In this document: piece after piece, positions 10,243-22,123 of the stretch
How the letters are laid out: the number at the start of each line of letters is the position of its first letter
Position numbering within the stretch: position 1 is the first letter of the stretch
Source of the DNA: Marsupella aquatica
Lineage: Eukaryota; Plantae; Marchantiophyta
Assembly (NCBI GenBank): GCA_973895155.1
Contig: OZ316893.1
Span: 19,534,857 to 19,598,856, forward strand
Length of the DNA stretch: 64,000 nt
Reading direction: 5' to 3'
Notes under the pieces: model-generated
Told to the model about the DNA's origin: nothing
The model's input: the letters and a program-made list of their open reading frames with translations, nothing else
The model's database searches: none
Program-made: the position numbers and the translations under genes

Positions 10243-12441
10243 TGACCTACTTACCAATGTCTGTTGAGCTTGAGTTAGGATGCTAGACTTGGCGAGTTCT
10301 AGATCCTCAAGGGTTACTTACCAAGGGGCTTGGTTGCTTGTGCAGACTACGAGGACCGTTGAGTAGCAGTCGTATTGGAGAGCAAGTGCGGCTTCGTATG
10401 GGAGGGGTCGCCGAGGGGGCCGCTGGTGGTGCAAGGGGCACAAGGTTGCTTGCTCGAGGTATTTCGTGGAGGCGTTCGGGCACTAGGGGCACTTAGGCGT
10501 GGGTGCTGGGGATTGGTGAGGCTCAGGGGTCTCACTATATGGGGACCTCCCTATCGCCTGCGACGTTTTTAGGCCTCGAACCCCCTAAAATGTAAGAAAA
10601 AAAATTTATTTTTTAACCCCTATAAAGTTGGAATATTCTTGGAATATTCTTAAAAATGGATTAAAAAGACCCTAATGTTCTTATAAGTCTCAAAATTGAA
10701 TTTAAAAGACCCTATTGTTCTTCTACAAAAATTCTTAAGTCTTCCCTTAGAACCAATAAAATGACCCTATCCTTCGTCGCACGTGATATGCCATTTTTGT
10801 GGAAGTGAAACCCCCGAGTGGTGAGGGCGCTGGGTGGTCAGGTTCACCACTAAGCCTGAGAGTAACAATTATAAGATTTTTCGTGACGTGTTGGTGATGG
10901 TTTTTTCTAGCGATTAGTGTCAGAAGATTTCAGGGAGTTTCATCGCATGGAACTTGGGGGTGTTGGGCTCAACGGATAGATTGGGGCAAGGGCTTTCTAA
11001 CAGTGTGAAGAAATCATTGATCGAAGTTTGTGGTGTGGTGGAATCGAGTTCTTGTCGTTCTAGACCCGGTTCTGGATTTTTTTGAGTTCCATGTTTTTCG
11101 TGAGAGGGACCAGAAATTGTTTTTGCAATGGTGTGAGTTGTGCGGTGTGCAAGGCATCACATACTATAGCTCAAATCGTAGACCGGTGTCACTTGCCTAT
11201 CCAACCGTTTATACGTACAATCATAGTTTCCTTTGCATAAACTGTTGGTATTGTGTTACGGGGTCGTGGAGGGACGCTATTTGGAGGATTCCCACATCTA
11301 AGGATGAGTATGTTTGATTGCGCTCCCGAAAATGTACTTTTTGATCAAGTCTACCGACTGGCCTCTATATTTTTGATCAAGTCCTGGGGACTGGTCCTAC
11401 ATTTTACAACTAATGGCCATCGGGTGAGTGTTGTCACCACTCCCCTCACATGGGCAATCATGCAAAAATTTTACAATAAGATAACACTAGTGACTAGGGT
11501 AACCGCTTTCACAACAAAGTCAACCACATGCACTAGGGGAGGAAAACAAGCGACACAAGAAGTAACAAGTGACACACAAAATTTCTGAACTTCAAACCAA
11601 ATCCATATCTCTTAGTGGTGTACACAACACATGCAAGGACAACCCGGCCTCTTATCGTTTGCCCAACTCCTTCCTCCCTGGGACAAGCAGTACGTCCTCC
11701 ACCTCACTACTCTGGCTGAAATCCCTCCTCTTCCGTGTGCTACCCACAAAGATTTCTCCCTACTAAGTTGAGTTCCCCCCTACTGACTACGGGGCTCCCC
11801 CTAAATACTGAAAAAAACACACCAAAGCACCCCTCACGGGGTCACAACGATGGCGGCTACCCTAGCGGCGCCGCTAAAACCTTACACAAAAATCCCTAAC
11901 CTAAAACTTGCGGCACACACATGCTCCTAAAACCCTAATCTAACTACGGGACCAACGGTGCCTTCGACGGTGCCAACCAATAATCCGTAATATATCGTAG
12001 TCTTGGGGAAGTGAGAAGGCCCTCCCATGGTTGAAACCTCAAATATTTTAAACTACTCCCCTGAGATAAGCCATGCACAACTCTCCTCCTCCTGATCACG
12101 GATCCGTAAACAGCTCCGTAAACCGACTCCGGACGACTAAGTTATGGATGTTTGAATCCGTAATACGCTTGAACTCATAACTTCCCTGTCCTGGCTCCGC
12201 TCTAGGAGCGCCGCATCTTGTCGAAATCAGCTCCTCGAGCTCCTTCCAGCAAGCCCGTGAGTCTTTTCATCAAAAGTGTGGTGCAACCCAAAATCCGTAT
12301 GGCTAACGTCCGTACACCTCACAAGTCCTCCCCGGACTCACTCACGGAACCGGGACTCCACCCCCGGGAATCCTCACTGTCACCTCTCTCTACTGTTGTG
12401 GGTGCATCACCTACTACTCTCTTTAACAGGGAAGTCCTTCC

Positions 12442-14956
12442 TCAAGTTTGGCCGGAGGCTCCCCGCCTTCTCAATGCTGCCAAGGCTTGCCAAGCTCTGA
12501 CATGGCCCTGGCTGATAGTGTCCTTCCATAAAGCGGCCTCCTCACCTCCCTGCAACTCCAAGGGCAAGACCTGGCCGATAGCTAAAGGAGTTCCCGGGTT
12601 TGCAGATCTGGGCGGCATATCCGGCATCCCTGGGGTTCCGTGACTTGGTGGGGTCTCCACTCGTAATGATGGTGATGCGATGACTCCGTGACTCGCTTGG
12701 GTCTTACGTGATGACTTACGGGACTCCCGTAGCTTCCTTTCCAACATCTTACACTTCTCCTTGTCTTTCTTTGCTGCTTCCAACATTGGTCCATACTTTT
12801 GAGTCACCTCCATCACCACCATCCCTATAGCCTTAGAGACCAAATCTAGAGAGAGGGTAGGGCTGCCTAGGCTTTTCCTCTTCCACAGCGTCAACGTATC
12901 GTTCCTCTTGGCCCTGGTCTCAAGGAGTGCAACCTGACTCCGTAACTCCACAATTTGTCTCTTCAGCCGCTCTATCTCACCGGTGCTCTGCTTGAGCTTG
13001 GCCAACTCCTCCCTCAAAGCTCCCACCTCCAACGCTTCCTTAGCCTTCAGTTGGTAGACAAGGCTCCGTGCAACTGAGAAATCTGAACCTGTGCCTCCGC
13101 GAGTGATCCCCCTTGCTCTTGGATTACTACCTCCTTAGCTTTTATAACCTCTTTCAAGGCTTGGTTGCTTACCTGCAAGGTTTCCATCTTGGCGTTGGCT
13201 TGGCTGAGGCCCCTTCTCAAAGTTTGGCACAACTTCAGCCCCTCATGCACTCCATCGCGGAAAACACGTAATTCAGCCAAGTACACCTCGGGAAAATTGT
13301 AATCAAGGGGCTCCTCCGGATTCCCCAAGTGACTCCATCCACTCCACTGTGCTATCCTCATTCGGGTCCTCCTCTGTAGTGGTTTTGGCTATAGGTTCAG
13401 ATGGTGGCTCCTTCGCAAGACTCCCCAAGATGGTAGTTGCGATCCTCCGTACATCCATGGTGAAAGGGGGCACAGATTCTTCAGTTCTCGGTGAGGGGAG
13501 GAGCCCTTTTGATCTGGCCAAGAGGAAGGACCCCATCAAATGAATGCTCCCTCCAGACTTCACACTTTTAAGATCCATGGCTAATACTTTCTTCAGCCCA
13601 AAGTACCACCATCCATAAGTGTGGCTTGGGTGAGTCTTGATATCATTGGCAATTGCCAATTGATCGCCACTCACCACTCCAGATTGCCCCCGGCCAAGCA
13701 CCCGTTGGTGTATCTTGGCCACAAGCCCCTTGAAGGCTGGTTCCTTGAATGATGATAGAGGAATGGTGGTTACAGAGGTGGGATCTCTCACAAATTCAGC
13801 TAGCTTCTCCAACGTAAGTATCTCTGGTGGCTTCGCTGGCTGAAAAGTGAACTCCTGGTTGTCCAAAAACAAAAGTTTGGCCAGCTCCATGTTGGGGATC
13901 AAACGTTGTGTACATTGAAAGTATATCCCCTCTGTACGGAACTCCAATCCTGCCTCAACGTTCCAAGTCCTATCTAGGGGAATCCTGATCTCCACACGCA
14001 TGAAATCGGTGCTCGGGGGGTCACTACATGGAGGGCCATATACATCGTGTGCAATGTTTTAGGGTTTGACCCCCCTAATTTATAAGTGAAAATTATTTTT
14101 TTGCAAAACCCTTTCTTTCTTTAAATTTTGTCATTTTTTACTAAAAAAACCTTCAAAAACTTTAAAGAAAGTATTTTTTACAATCAAATAGGCCTATGTG
14201 TTCTTTAAAGTTGACTAGTCAATAAAATATGCCCTATGTGTTCTTCCACCAAACTTTGGAAGTCTTCCGCCACACCTATTTAAATGGGTCTATACTTCGT
14301 CGCACGTGATGTGCCACTTCCGTGGAAGTGACCCCCCCGAGAATCGGTGAGACCCATGGCCTGAAAAATCTCCTTGCACTCTTCCATCATCTTGGCAGAA
14401 GTCCGGGGGTAGACTCTACAAAAAACCTTCCTTGCAACGGATGCGTTACGGGTGTCCAGTACGGTACTCATGGCTGCTAGTCTTCCCTCGTTCTCCTTTG
14501 CAATTCGTGATGCAATGTAGCCCCGGTAAGCATTCTTGTATCTACAAATATGGGACGCACTGAACTCTGGTTTCTCCAACGACAATCTCATACATAGCTC
14601 AGAGAAATCATCCCGTCACCCGTAACCCCATGCAATCCTTGGCCCGACAAGCCCCCGTAACACGATCGAATGTCCACTGCCGGACTACCAAAGGAAAACT
14701 TCACGAGATCTCGACAACAATCTCTCAAACTCCCCGTTTCCCCTGGCCCAAACAGCCCCCGTATCACATCTCCGGATGGCCTTAACGAATTCCCAAGAAC
14801 ACTCAATTGTCGTCATCACAAATGCTCCCAAAGTAAGTGCTCAATCCTTCCACACAGATCAATGTCCAACAAGAGGAAAAAAAACCTTTCAATGGCAGAT
14901 TGGGGAGCAAGAGGACCTCTTCGCAAATGAGCCATTTTGAGGGAAGCTTTCGGCAT
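12442..14956 (-). pseudogene. Decayed spliced orphan gene with C-terminal coiled coil, probably an accessory ORF of a mobile element
   Basis: Chain of minus-strand ORFs: ATG 14956 in frame with 14806-14588 (two stops), frameshift to 14591, GT-AG intron 14295-14024 joining in frame to 14001-13303, then frameshifts to 13361-13047 and 13032-12442 (LREELAKLKQSTGEIERLKRQIVELRSQVALLE). Confidence 0.6.
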
Positions 14957-15439
14957 TCTAAGGGAAAAGTTAGAATGAGGAGGAAAAACTTAAAAAGTGA
15001 GGGAGTCACCAAAGTGACCCACCCTTAAGCGCTCGCACAGCTGTCTGCCCCCTTCCCTCGACTAGCGGCTCTTTCCCTCTATGGCCTCGTACCTGCCCTC
15101 CCGGATCCTGCTGTACCTGCCCTTCGAGTATCGGGCATTTAATTTCCCCTTGCCACCCTTATTACCCATTTTCGAGGCCTCCCTTTAATGGCCTCGACAC
15201 TCGCTCGCCTCCCTCAGGGCCTTGTACTTGCTCCCCCTGGTTTGGGGAGCATTTACTCCCCTCCTTACCCCTATGCGCCACCTGCCTCCCCGGAGTTGGG
15301 GAGTTTTAATCCCCCTCCTCTCTTCTCACGCCCTCCTTTTGGGAGCTCTCACTTCCGGCATGCCTTCCTATGTAGGGGCTCTTATGCCCTCCCAAGGGTC
15401 GGGGAGCATTTACTCCCCCCCCTTCCGCTTTCGCAACAC

Positions 15440-15632
15440 CTGCCCCCTGCGCTCGACTCGCCCTTGTGCCCGGCTCGCCCATGCTTGCGGCTCACCCCTG
15501 CACCTGGCTCACCCCTACGCCCGGCAGAGCGCCCGGCTCGCCCTACTCTCGGCTCGATCGCCCTTGTGCTCGGCTCACCCTGCTCCTGGCTTGCCCTCGT
15601 GCTCGGCTCACCTCTGCGCCCGGCTCGCCCAT
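15440..15632. repeat. GC-rich degenerate ~20-23-bp tandem array (gcccggctcgccc / gctcggctcacc)
   Basis: Motif cggctc(g/a)ccc repeated about 8 times upstream of the orphan pseudogene. Confidence 0.75.
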
Positions 15633-16499
15633 TGGCTATCGGGGCCTTTCCCATCTTTCCCCCCTTCTACTTGTGACCCTGCCAGGCCCTGCAAGCCGGG
15701 CCATACTACCGGGTCATCAACCCTCATAAGGGCCCAGGGATTCAACGTGGCGGCCTTAGGGGCTGCCCCTTATGGGTCCTCCTTAACGGACTCAAGATTG
15801 ACACTGCCGGGATAAAAAACAAAGTTGGGTACTCCATTAAGCGGACTAACTTCCACCCACGAGGTGAACTAAGGGGCTATAATAGAAAGCAAAGAAAAAA
15901 GATTAAAAATAGGTTACCCCCAACGCCCAATGCGCGGACTCCCTAGTGCAATATATGAACACATGGAAACGTCTCATTCACTTAGTCATGAATAAAATAA
16001 AATATAGGTAGAAATAGGTTATTCACATGAAGATTATTTACATTAAAGGCGCTCCGTAACCCCTTAAGGGTGGTTTTTGGGGACGGGGACCCCGTCACAA
16101 CCGGGCAAAGCTGTTCATTTTGGTATCTGGTGTAGTGAAAAGGGTGAGCCAAGTGTGATGGTACGAGTGACAAAATTTTGTTTATGGCTATGGAAAAATA
16201 GCCTTGATTGAACCGGGTTTCTTGTCGTTACGTCCGACTCGAAGGAAGATTCGTGAAGTGCTACAGCTTAAAGGAGAAATCGCGGCAAGGCGGTCATTTT
16301 GAGCTCGGGATTGGCACTTGACGCGGAGCAAGCAAGTTGCAGCAAAGGTTTGTACATTGTTGCCCTGCTGATAGCAAGGCGACAACGGAGGCAAAATCCG
16401 GATTTAACATTTTTTTTCCAATTGGTAGCATTTTTCCTGACCAAGCGGCAAGGTGTGTAAAACTTAGGAAAACGTTTTTTTAGGGGTCAATTTTTTTTT

Positions 16500-18814
16500 A
16501 AAGGGATTATTCGTCATCTCACGACAGTTTACACTCCTCAACAGAATGGTATTTTTGAGCAGCTCAACTGAACAATACTGGAGAGATCGAGGAGTATGTT
16601 GAGCCAATCAAGTTCACCACATGAATTTTGGGCTGAAGCTGTAAATACAACAGCTTATTTGGTAAATCTTTCTCCAAGTTCAAGTGCAATCACTTTCAAG
16701 ACGTTGTTTGAAATGAGGTATGGACGGCAAGTAGACTATCAGGTTTTGAGAGTCTTTGGAAATGATGCATATGCTCTGACACCTAAGCAAAATTGATCTA
16801 AACTGGATCCAACTTCCAAGAAGTATCTTTTTTTGGTTATTAACCGGGTGTGAAAGGTTATAGGCTATGGGATCTAGAAGCTTGTACGTTGTAACTTGTC
16901 AATAGAGATGTATCCTTTAATGAATCCAGATCATCAAAGAAGGGGGAGAATGCTTCCATATTGAAAGGGAAATTCATGAGGATTTTCATGACATAATTGA
17001 AGGAGGTGCTCTGATAATGGAGTTGGTTCCGGTGATGGAACAAGAGGAGCAGATTGCTATTGAAATACCTCAAATTCTACTAGCAAAGCAAGTTCAGCCA
17101 GAATCATCAGCTAAAAAATTGAGACGTACTACTCGAGCTCCTACAAGGTATGGACAATGGACAAATTCATCTAGGTTAGATGATGCTAACATTGCACCTG
17201 AAAATGATGATGGGGCACTGATCTTGGCAGAAGGGGATTCGAACCTTCTTCATATCATGAGGCATGAATTTCATACGAGAAACTTAAGACGAATGGAATG
17301 CAACAATGCAGAGGGATTTTCAATCTTTAAGTGACAACAAGACATGGGAGCTAGTGAAGCTGTCAAGTGATCAACAAGTGGTAGATAACAAGTGGATTTA
17401 TAAGCTGAAGGACAACTCTTCAGACTTATTGCCAAGAGATTCACTCAATTAGAGAAGGGAGTGGATTACAACATTGAGGTCTTCTTACCAATTGCCAAGT
17501 ATTCCATAATACAAATTTTGTGTCAACTTGTTGTATTTTTTGATCTGGTGTTAGATCAAATGGATATTGTGATTGTTTTTCTCTATGGCACCTTGGATGA
17601 ATAAATTTTCATGAGGCAACCACTGGGCTTTGTGAAGAAGGGCCAAGAGAGTTTAGTTTGCAAGTTGCTTAAGTCCCTGTATGGATTAAAACAAGTTCCT
17701 CGATAGTAGAACAAGCGATTTGATGATTTTAGGCTTACACAAGGATTCACTAGGATGATGTATGATCTTTGTGTATATACAGAATAAGGCAAGAATGGTG
17801 TGTTTATTTTGTACTCATTCTGGTGCTCTATGTGGATGACATGTTGATTGTGGCCAACAATCAATCTGAGGTTGACAAACTCAAAGCAAAATTGAATTCT
17901 GAATTTTGAATGGAGGATCTTGGTCCAAAAGCCAAGAGGATCTTACGTATGGAGATTACAAGAAACTTTGAGACTGAACAGTTGTGGCTGAATCAAGGCA
18001 AGTATGTTAAAAAGGTACTTGCAAGATTTAACATGGAGAATTGTAAGCCAGTAAGTATTCCTTTGGCTCCACATTACAAGTTATCATCGGGTTTCTGCCC
18101 CACGGATCCAATGGAGAGAGGCTTGATGATTAAGGTTCCTTATGAGAAGGCAGTGGGTAGTCTAATGTATTTGATGATGTGTACCAGGCCTGATCTAGCC
18201 CTAGCAATGGGCAAAGTGACTCGATGCATGTCAAACCTAGGGAAGATACACTAGGAGGCTGTGAAGTGGATTCTCTGGTATCTTAAGGGCACAATAGACT
18301 ATGGTCTATTGTTTGATAATAGATCAAACCAAACCAAATCTTTGGTTGGCTATGTAGATTCTAACTAGTAAGAAGGCTGTCTGGAAACAAGGAGGTCAAC
18401 TACTGGGTATGTGTTTACTCTTGGAGGAGGATGCATAAGTTGGAGGTATACCTTGCAGAAGTGTGTATCTCAGTCTACTACAAAAGTAGAGTATGTTGCA
18501 GTAGATAAAGCAACAAAGGAGGCAATTTGGTTGGATAGGCTGGTCACGGAGATGGGATTGGAGCATGGAGAAAGGCTCTTCATTGTGACAGCCAGAGTGT
18601 GTTTCACCTAGCTATTAACCAGGTTATAGATAGCAAGATGAAGTACATTGACATTAGGTACCATTTTATTAGGCAAGCAGTGTCTGATAAAATATTTGAG
18701 CTAGTCAAGATCGATGGAAAGCTCAACCCGGCTGATGTTTTTACCAAAGTGATTCCTTTGAAGAGTTACTCAAGACACCGTGCTACTTTGCAAGTTTTAT
18801 ATTTGCAGCACTAG
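16500..18814 (+). pseudogene. copia pol remnant: integrase core C-half, reverse transcriptase, RNase H
   Basis: KGIIRHLTTVYTPQQNG, FWAEAVNTTAYLVN, GVKGYRLWD, KSLYGLKQ, YVDDMLI, TRPDLA, STTGYVFTLGGGCISW, KYIDIRYHFIR, NPADVFTK. Many stops and frameshifts. Confidence 0.95.
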
Positions 18815-19011
18815 TAGAGTAACTTAACAATATGTAATTTCTATATATGGGTTACTCAATCCTATTATGGCTACGGCTTAATTCTAGTTAACCCTTAGTT
18901 AACCTTAATGATTTTTAGGGGGACACCTATGGTTTTAGGTGATTATCTAGAATTTCTCGCTGAGTATTTCATATGGATCTAGCAGAAATTGCAGTCCCCA
19001 CGACTAAAGTC

Positions 19012-19022
19012 AAGGGGGAGTT
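19012..19022 (+). promoter_or_regulatory. Polypurine tract of the copia element
   Basis: aagggggagtt immediately precedes the 3' LTR. Confidence 0.85.
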
Positions 19023-19369
19023 TGTTAAGGATTGCTCTTAGTCTTGTGACTCATATGTTATGACAATTAAGTTAATCACAGTTAGGGGCTTAGCTGAGGT
19101 TAGGTTAGTCGTGTATGACCTTGTATATAACGGGGCTAGTGTAAGCCACTGGCGAATAGTGCTTGCTCATTGTACGTAACGGAGCAACTTCAGGAAGAGA
19201 GAGAGCTTGTGTGTTCAACTACTCTCAAGTAAAGTTGGAGTGTTCATGTGGATGTAGCCTTGGAGAAGAAGTGAACCACGTATGGATTGTGTCAACTACG
19301 TGAGCATGGTATGAGTCATGATCGTATCGTCATGAAGGCGGGCATGAAGGAAGACGTCATAGTTCAACA
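19023..19369 (+). repeat. copia 3' LTR (347 bp)
   Basis: Matches 8679-9016 with substitutions and small indels; TG...CA ends. Confidence 0.93.
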
Positions 19370-19717
19370 GGCCGGGCCGTATCTTATGCCTCAAGCGTCC
19401 GTTGTGCATGAAGTAAACTCCATTGGCCTTGTGCCCAAGATGAGCTCTCACTCAAGCACTCAGAAGTCAAAGTCCGTCCGAGGGTCCGGACGATCGACCT
19501 TGAGTCTGGCCCTTTCCCATGACCCGACCAGCCCCCAACTAGTCTAAGTCCTTAGTGTGGGTCATCAGCTTAGCGCCTTGCCTTCGCTAGTGCAACGCCT
19601 TATTGCCCACAAGTCTCCCCATGCTAACTAAGTCCTCACCGGCCAGATGGCCGTTCCGGGCTTGGACCATAGAGGAGCTTGGTGTTGGTGTTAGCGATGC
19701 TGGAGCTAAGTGTTAAG
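19370..19717 (-). repeat. Repeat X, outer copy, right part
   Basis: Reverse complement of ~9056-9395, for example gcgccttgccttcgctagtgc, attgcccacaagtctccccatgctaa and gagctaagtgttaag. Confidence 0.88.
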
Positions 19718-21103
19718 GTCCGTAGTTTATTTCTGCGACTCTGTTGGATGACCTATAGTTAACCAGGGATGATTAACTAAACCGGATTCTGGAACACAGT
19801 GGCATTTGAGGCAATAAACTAAAAACCATGGCAAGTTGTGATATTTGGACTGAAACGGTGGCAATATAGTAAAAGTACTTAAGATACTGAAATACAAATA
19901 TGACTACATGGACCTCGCCTAGGACCGGTACAATAACTCTCTATGGGTGGCTTGATCTCTTCTGGCCGTGCAGGCTGAGGTGCACTTGTCATGTTGGAAG
20001 CAATCTGCAATGGATTGCTTGAACTTTGGCCCCTTCTCATGTCAAAATTTTGAAGCTTTGCATACCGCAGTGCTGGGTGACACCGTGCAACAATGCAAAG
20101 AAGATCCTTTTTGCATGGCCTTTTGCAAAAGTTTTGAGCCATAAGCACCATGCTCAGAAAGAAATAAAAACTAAGGTTTCACTGGGTAAGATGTGTAGAA
20201 ATTTGGCTACATACAATACAAATAAACATGAACTTTAATGTAAATGCATGTTTGGTTTGGTTTTTTTGGGTAGTTTAGCTGTTTAGAAAGTCTTCAAAGA
20301 ATTGAACTGCAGCAGTGTCCCCAACACTACCGTAAATCATGGCTGCGCAAGTCTTGATGAGACCTAGTAGTGCCCTACTAGCCTGAATGACAGAGCTTTG
20401 CGTATCAAGATAGTGATCATCGTTGCACCCATTTCCATTTCCACATGGCCCCTAGGTTTTCATGGCAAAAGCCCTCCCAGGGCGTAGCATAATATCTATG
20501 GTGGAATGAAGACAGCGCACAAATGCTTTCTTTTCTACAGCAAAATCTGCAGCTGTGCCCTCAGAGTTGGGTTCCAGAGGCTCCACTAGGGGGGCCTCAA
20601 ACCTGAAGGGCTGCAAAATAATCCTCAATCAAAAGTATGAGTTTCAAACTTTGGTCACATGTGGTAAACCTCTTATTTGTGAGTCTGTCACTTCAGTTTC
20701 AGGAAAACCTGTGTGACTCTGACCGGAGCCGAAACCAGGACAATAGGGCGTCTCATTGAACTTGTTGTTTCCTTTTTTCCCAGTCAGCTGTTCTAAGAGA
20801 TCAACATCCGCAACCTAGATTGTTACGAACTTTGGGCCGATCTAATCCAGGCACTAGGTTTTAGGTTTGAGTTGAGTTTCAATATGCTTCTGCAGCTTCC
20901 ATGGGTCAACTGGGCGCCAAACATTTTTAATTGGGTGTTGATGATTCTTGAGGCGCCAACACATATTGTGCAAAGCAACTTTTGGTGCAGACTCCGGTGC
21001 GCTTACCACCCAAGTTACTGACAGTCATGGTTTGTCAAAACCTCAGATTTTGGGTCCGTGACCTGACCCATAACAATTTGGTCACAAGAGCCCTCCCTGT
21101 GAA

Positions 21104-21231
21104 CAGTGAGTCACTTTGGGCAATATTTGGCCATGATGGCTTCAATACTCTAAATCCACAACTTGGCAGTGAGTCACTTTGGGCAATATTTGGCCATGAT
21201 GGCTTCAATACTCTAAATCCACAACTTGGCA
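21104..21231 (+). repeat. Perfect 63-bp tandem duplication
   Basis: cagtgagtcactttgggcaatatttggccatgatggcttcaatactctaaatccacaacttgg twice. Confidence 0.95.
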
Positions 21232-21367
21232 ACCTTATTGAGTCACTTCCAATCTTATTTGTAATCAGGGATATCTTCCACACGTGATATCTATGAAGGG
21301 TACCTAAGGATATCTTCCACACCTGATATCATCTATGTAGGGTACCTCTCATGGTTGGGGCACTCCA

Positions 21368-21483
21368 ATTACATTACAGTACTATAGTGCCCCCTCGAGT
21401 CAGAAATTTTGAACGCTACATAAACATTACATTACAGTACACTAGTGCCCCTTCTCGAGTCAGAAATTTTGAACGCTACATTA
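21368..21483 (+). repeat. ~59-bp tandem duplication upstream of QSOX
   Basis: attacattacagtac...tagtgcccc...ctcgagtcagaaattttgaacgctacat twice. Confidence 0.88.
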
Positions 21484-22123
21484 AACCCTGCAGAGTGTTT
21501 TGATTCGATTGCACAAGAACTCATCACAGATCATCGGGCTCGAGTCTGCCGGCCACTTTCAACAAAACGCTTTCGATCCGCTATCGTACTTTGGGCCGCT
21601 GCACCCTCTTCCGTCAAATCAGGCACCGCATCGGCCGCGTGTGTTTTCGGTACTGTACGTGCTCGAGGTCTTCTCATTCTCCGGTAGAAGAATTCGTTTG
21701 GCAAATCTCTCGTAATAAATCCTCGTTGTAGAAACTTCTGGTCCCTGGGGTCCCGTGCTGATAGAAGAGGAGAAGAAGTGCCTTTACACGGCGAATACAG
21801 CATCTGACAGCAATTCACTGGCCCTCTCTCCTTTCTTTCGCACTACTTCTTTGTAGCAAGGGGATGAACACTCGAAATTTGTGGTGAATTTGTGGTGAAT
21901 GAAGACTTTCCAACGAACTAAAATGAAATATCCGAATCCATCTCGCCCCTGTCATTAGCACGGCGCCTCGCCTCCCCTCCCCTCTGCTCTGCTCTGCACT
22001 GGAGTATAGAGAGGAGAGGACAGGAGAGGAGACGTCCATCCTCCAAAACCCTGGTGGATTCTCTACTTGCTGGGGAGGGGAGCGGAAGGGAGGGTGAGGG
22101 GCTTAATTCAGTTGGTGGCAATC

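Larger units (their letters stand above)
8679..19369 (+). mobile_element. Degenerate Ty1/copia LTR retrotransposon with nested insertion(s) replacing gag/PR/5' integrase
   Basis: Two TG...CA LTRs, 5-bp TSD ggtcg (8674-8678) / ggccg (19370-19374), degenerate PBS, PPT, and IN-RT-RH order at 16500-18814. Confidence 0.93.

Noticed and set aside
15188-15815. Overlapping 90-197 aa ORFs
   Set aside because: By-product of a GC-rich tandem array; low complexity and open in several frames.
10533-16137. CACTA element defined by CACTA at 10533 or 14022 and TAGTG at 16133-16137
   Set aside because: The TIR match is only about 7 bp and there is no 3-bp TSD. The CACTA motifs are better explained as minus-strand splice acceptors, though not fully excluded.
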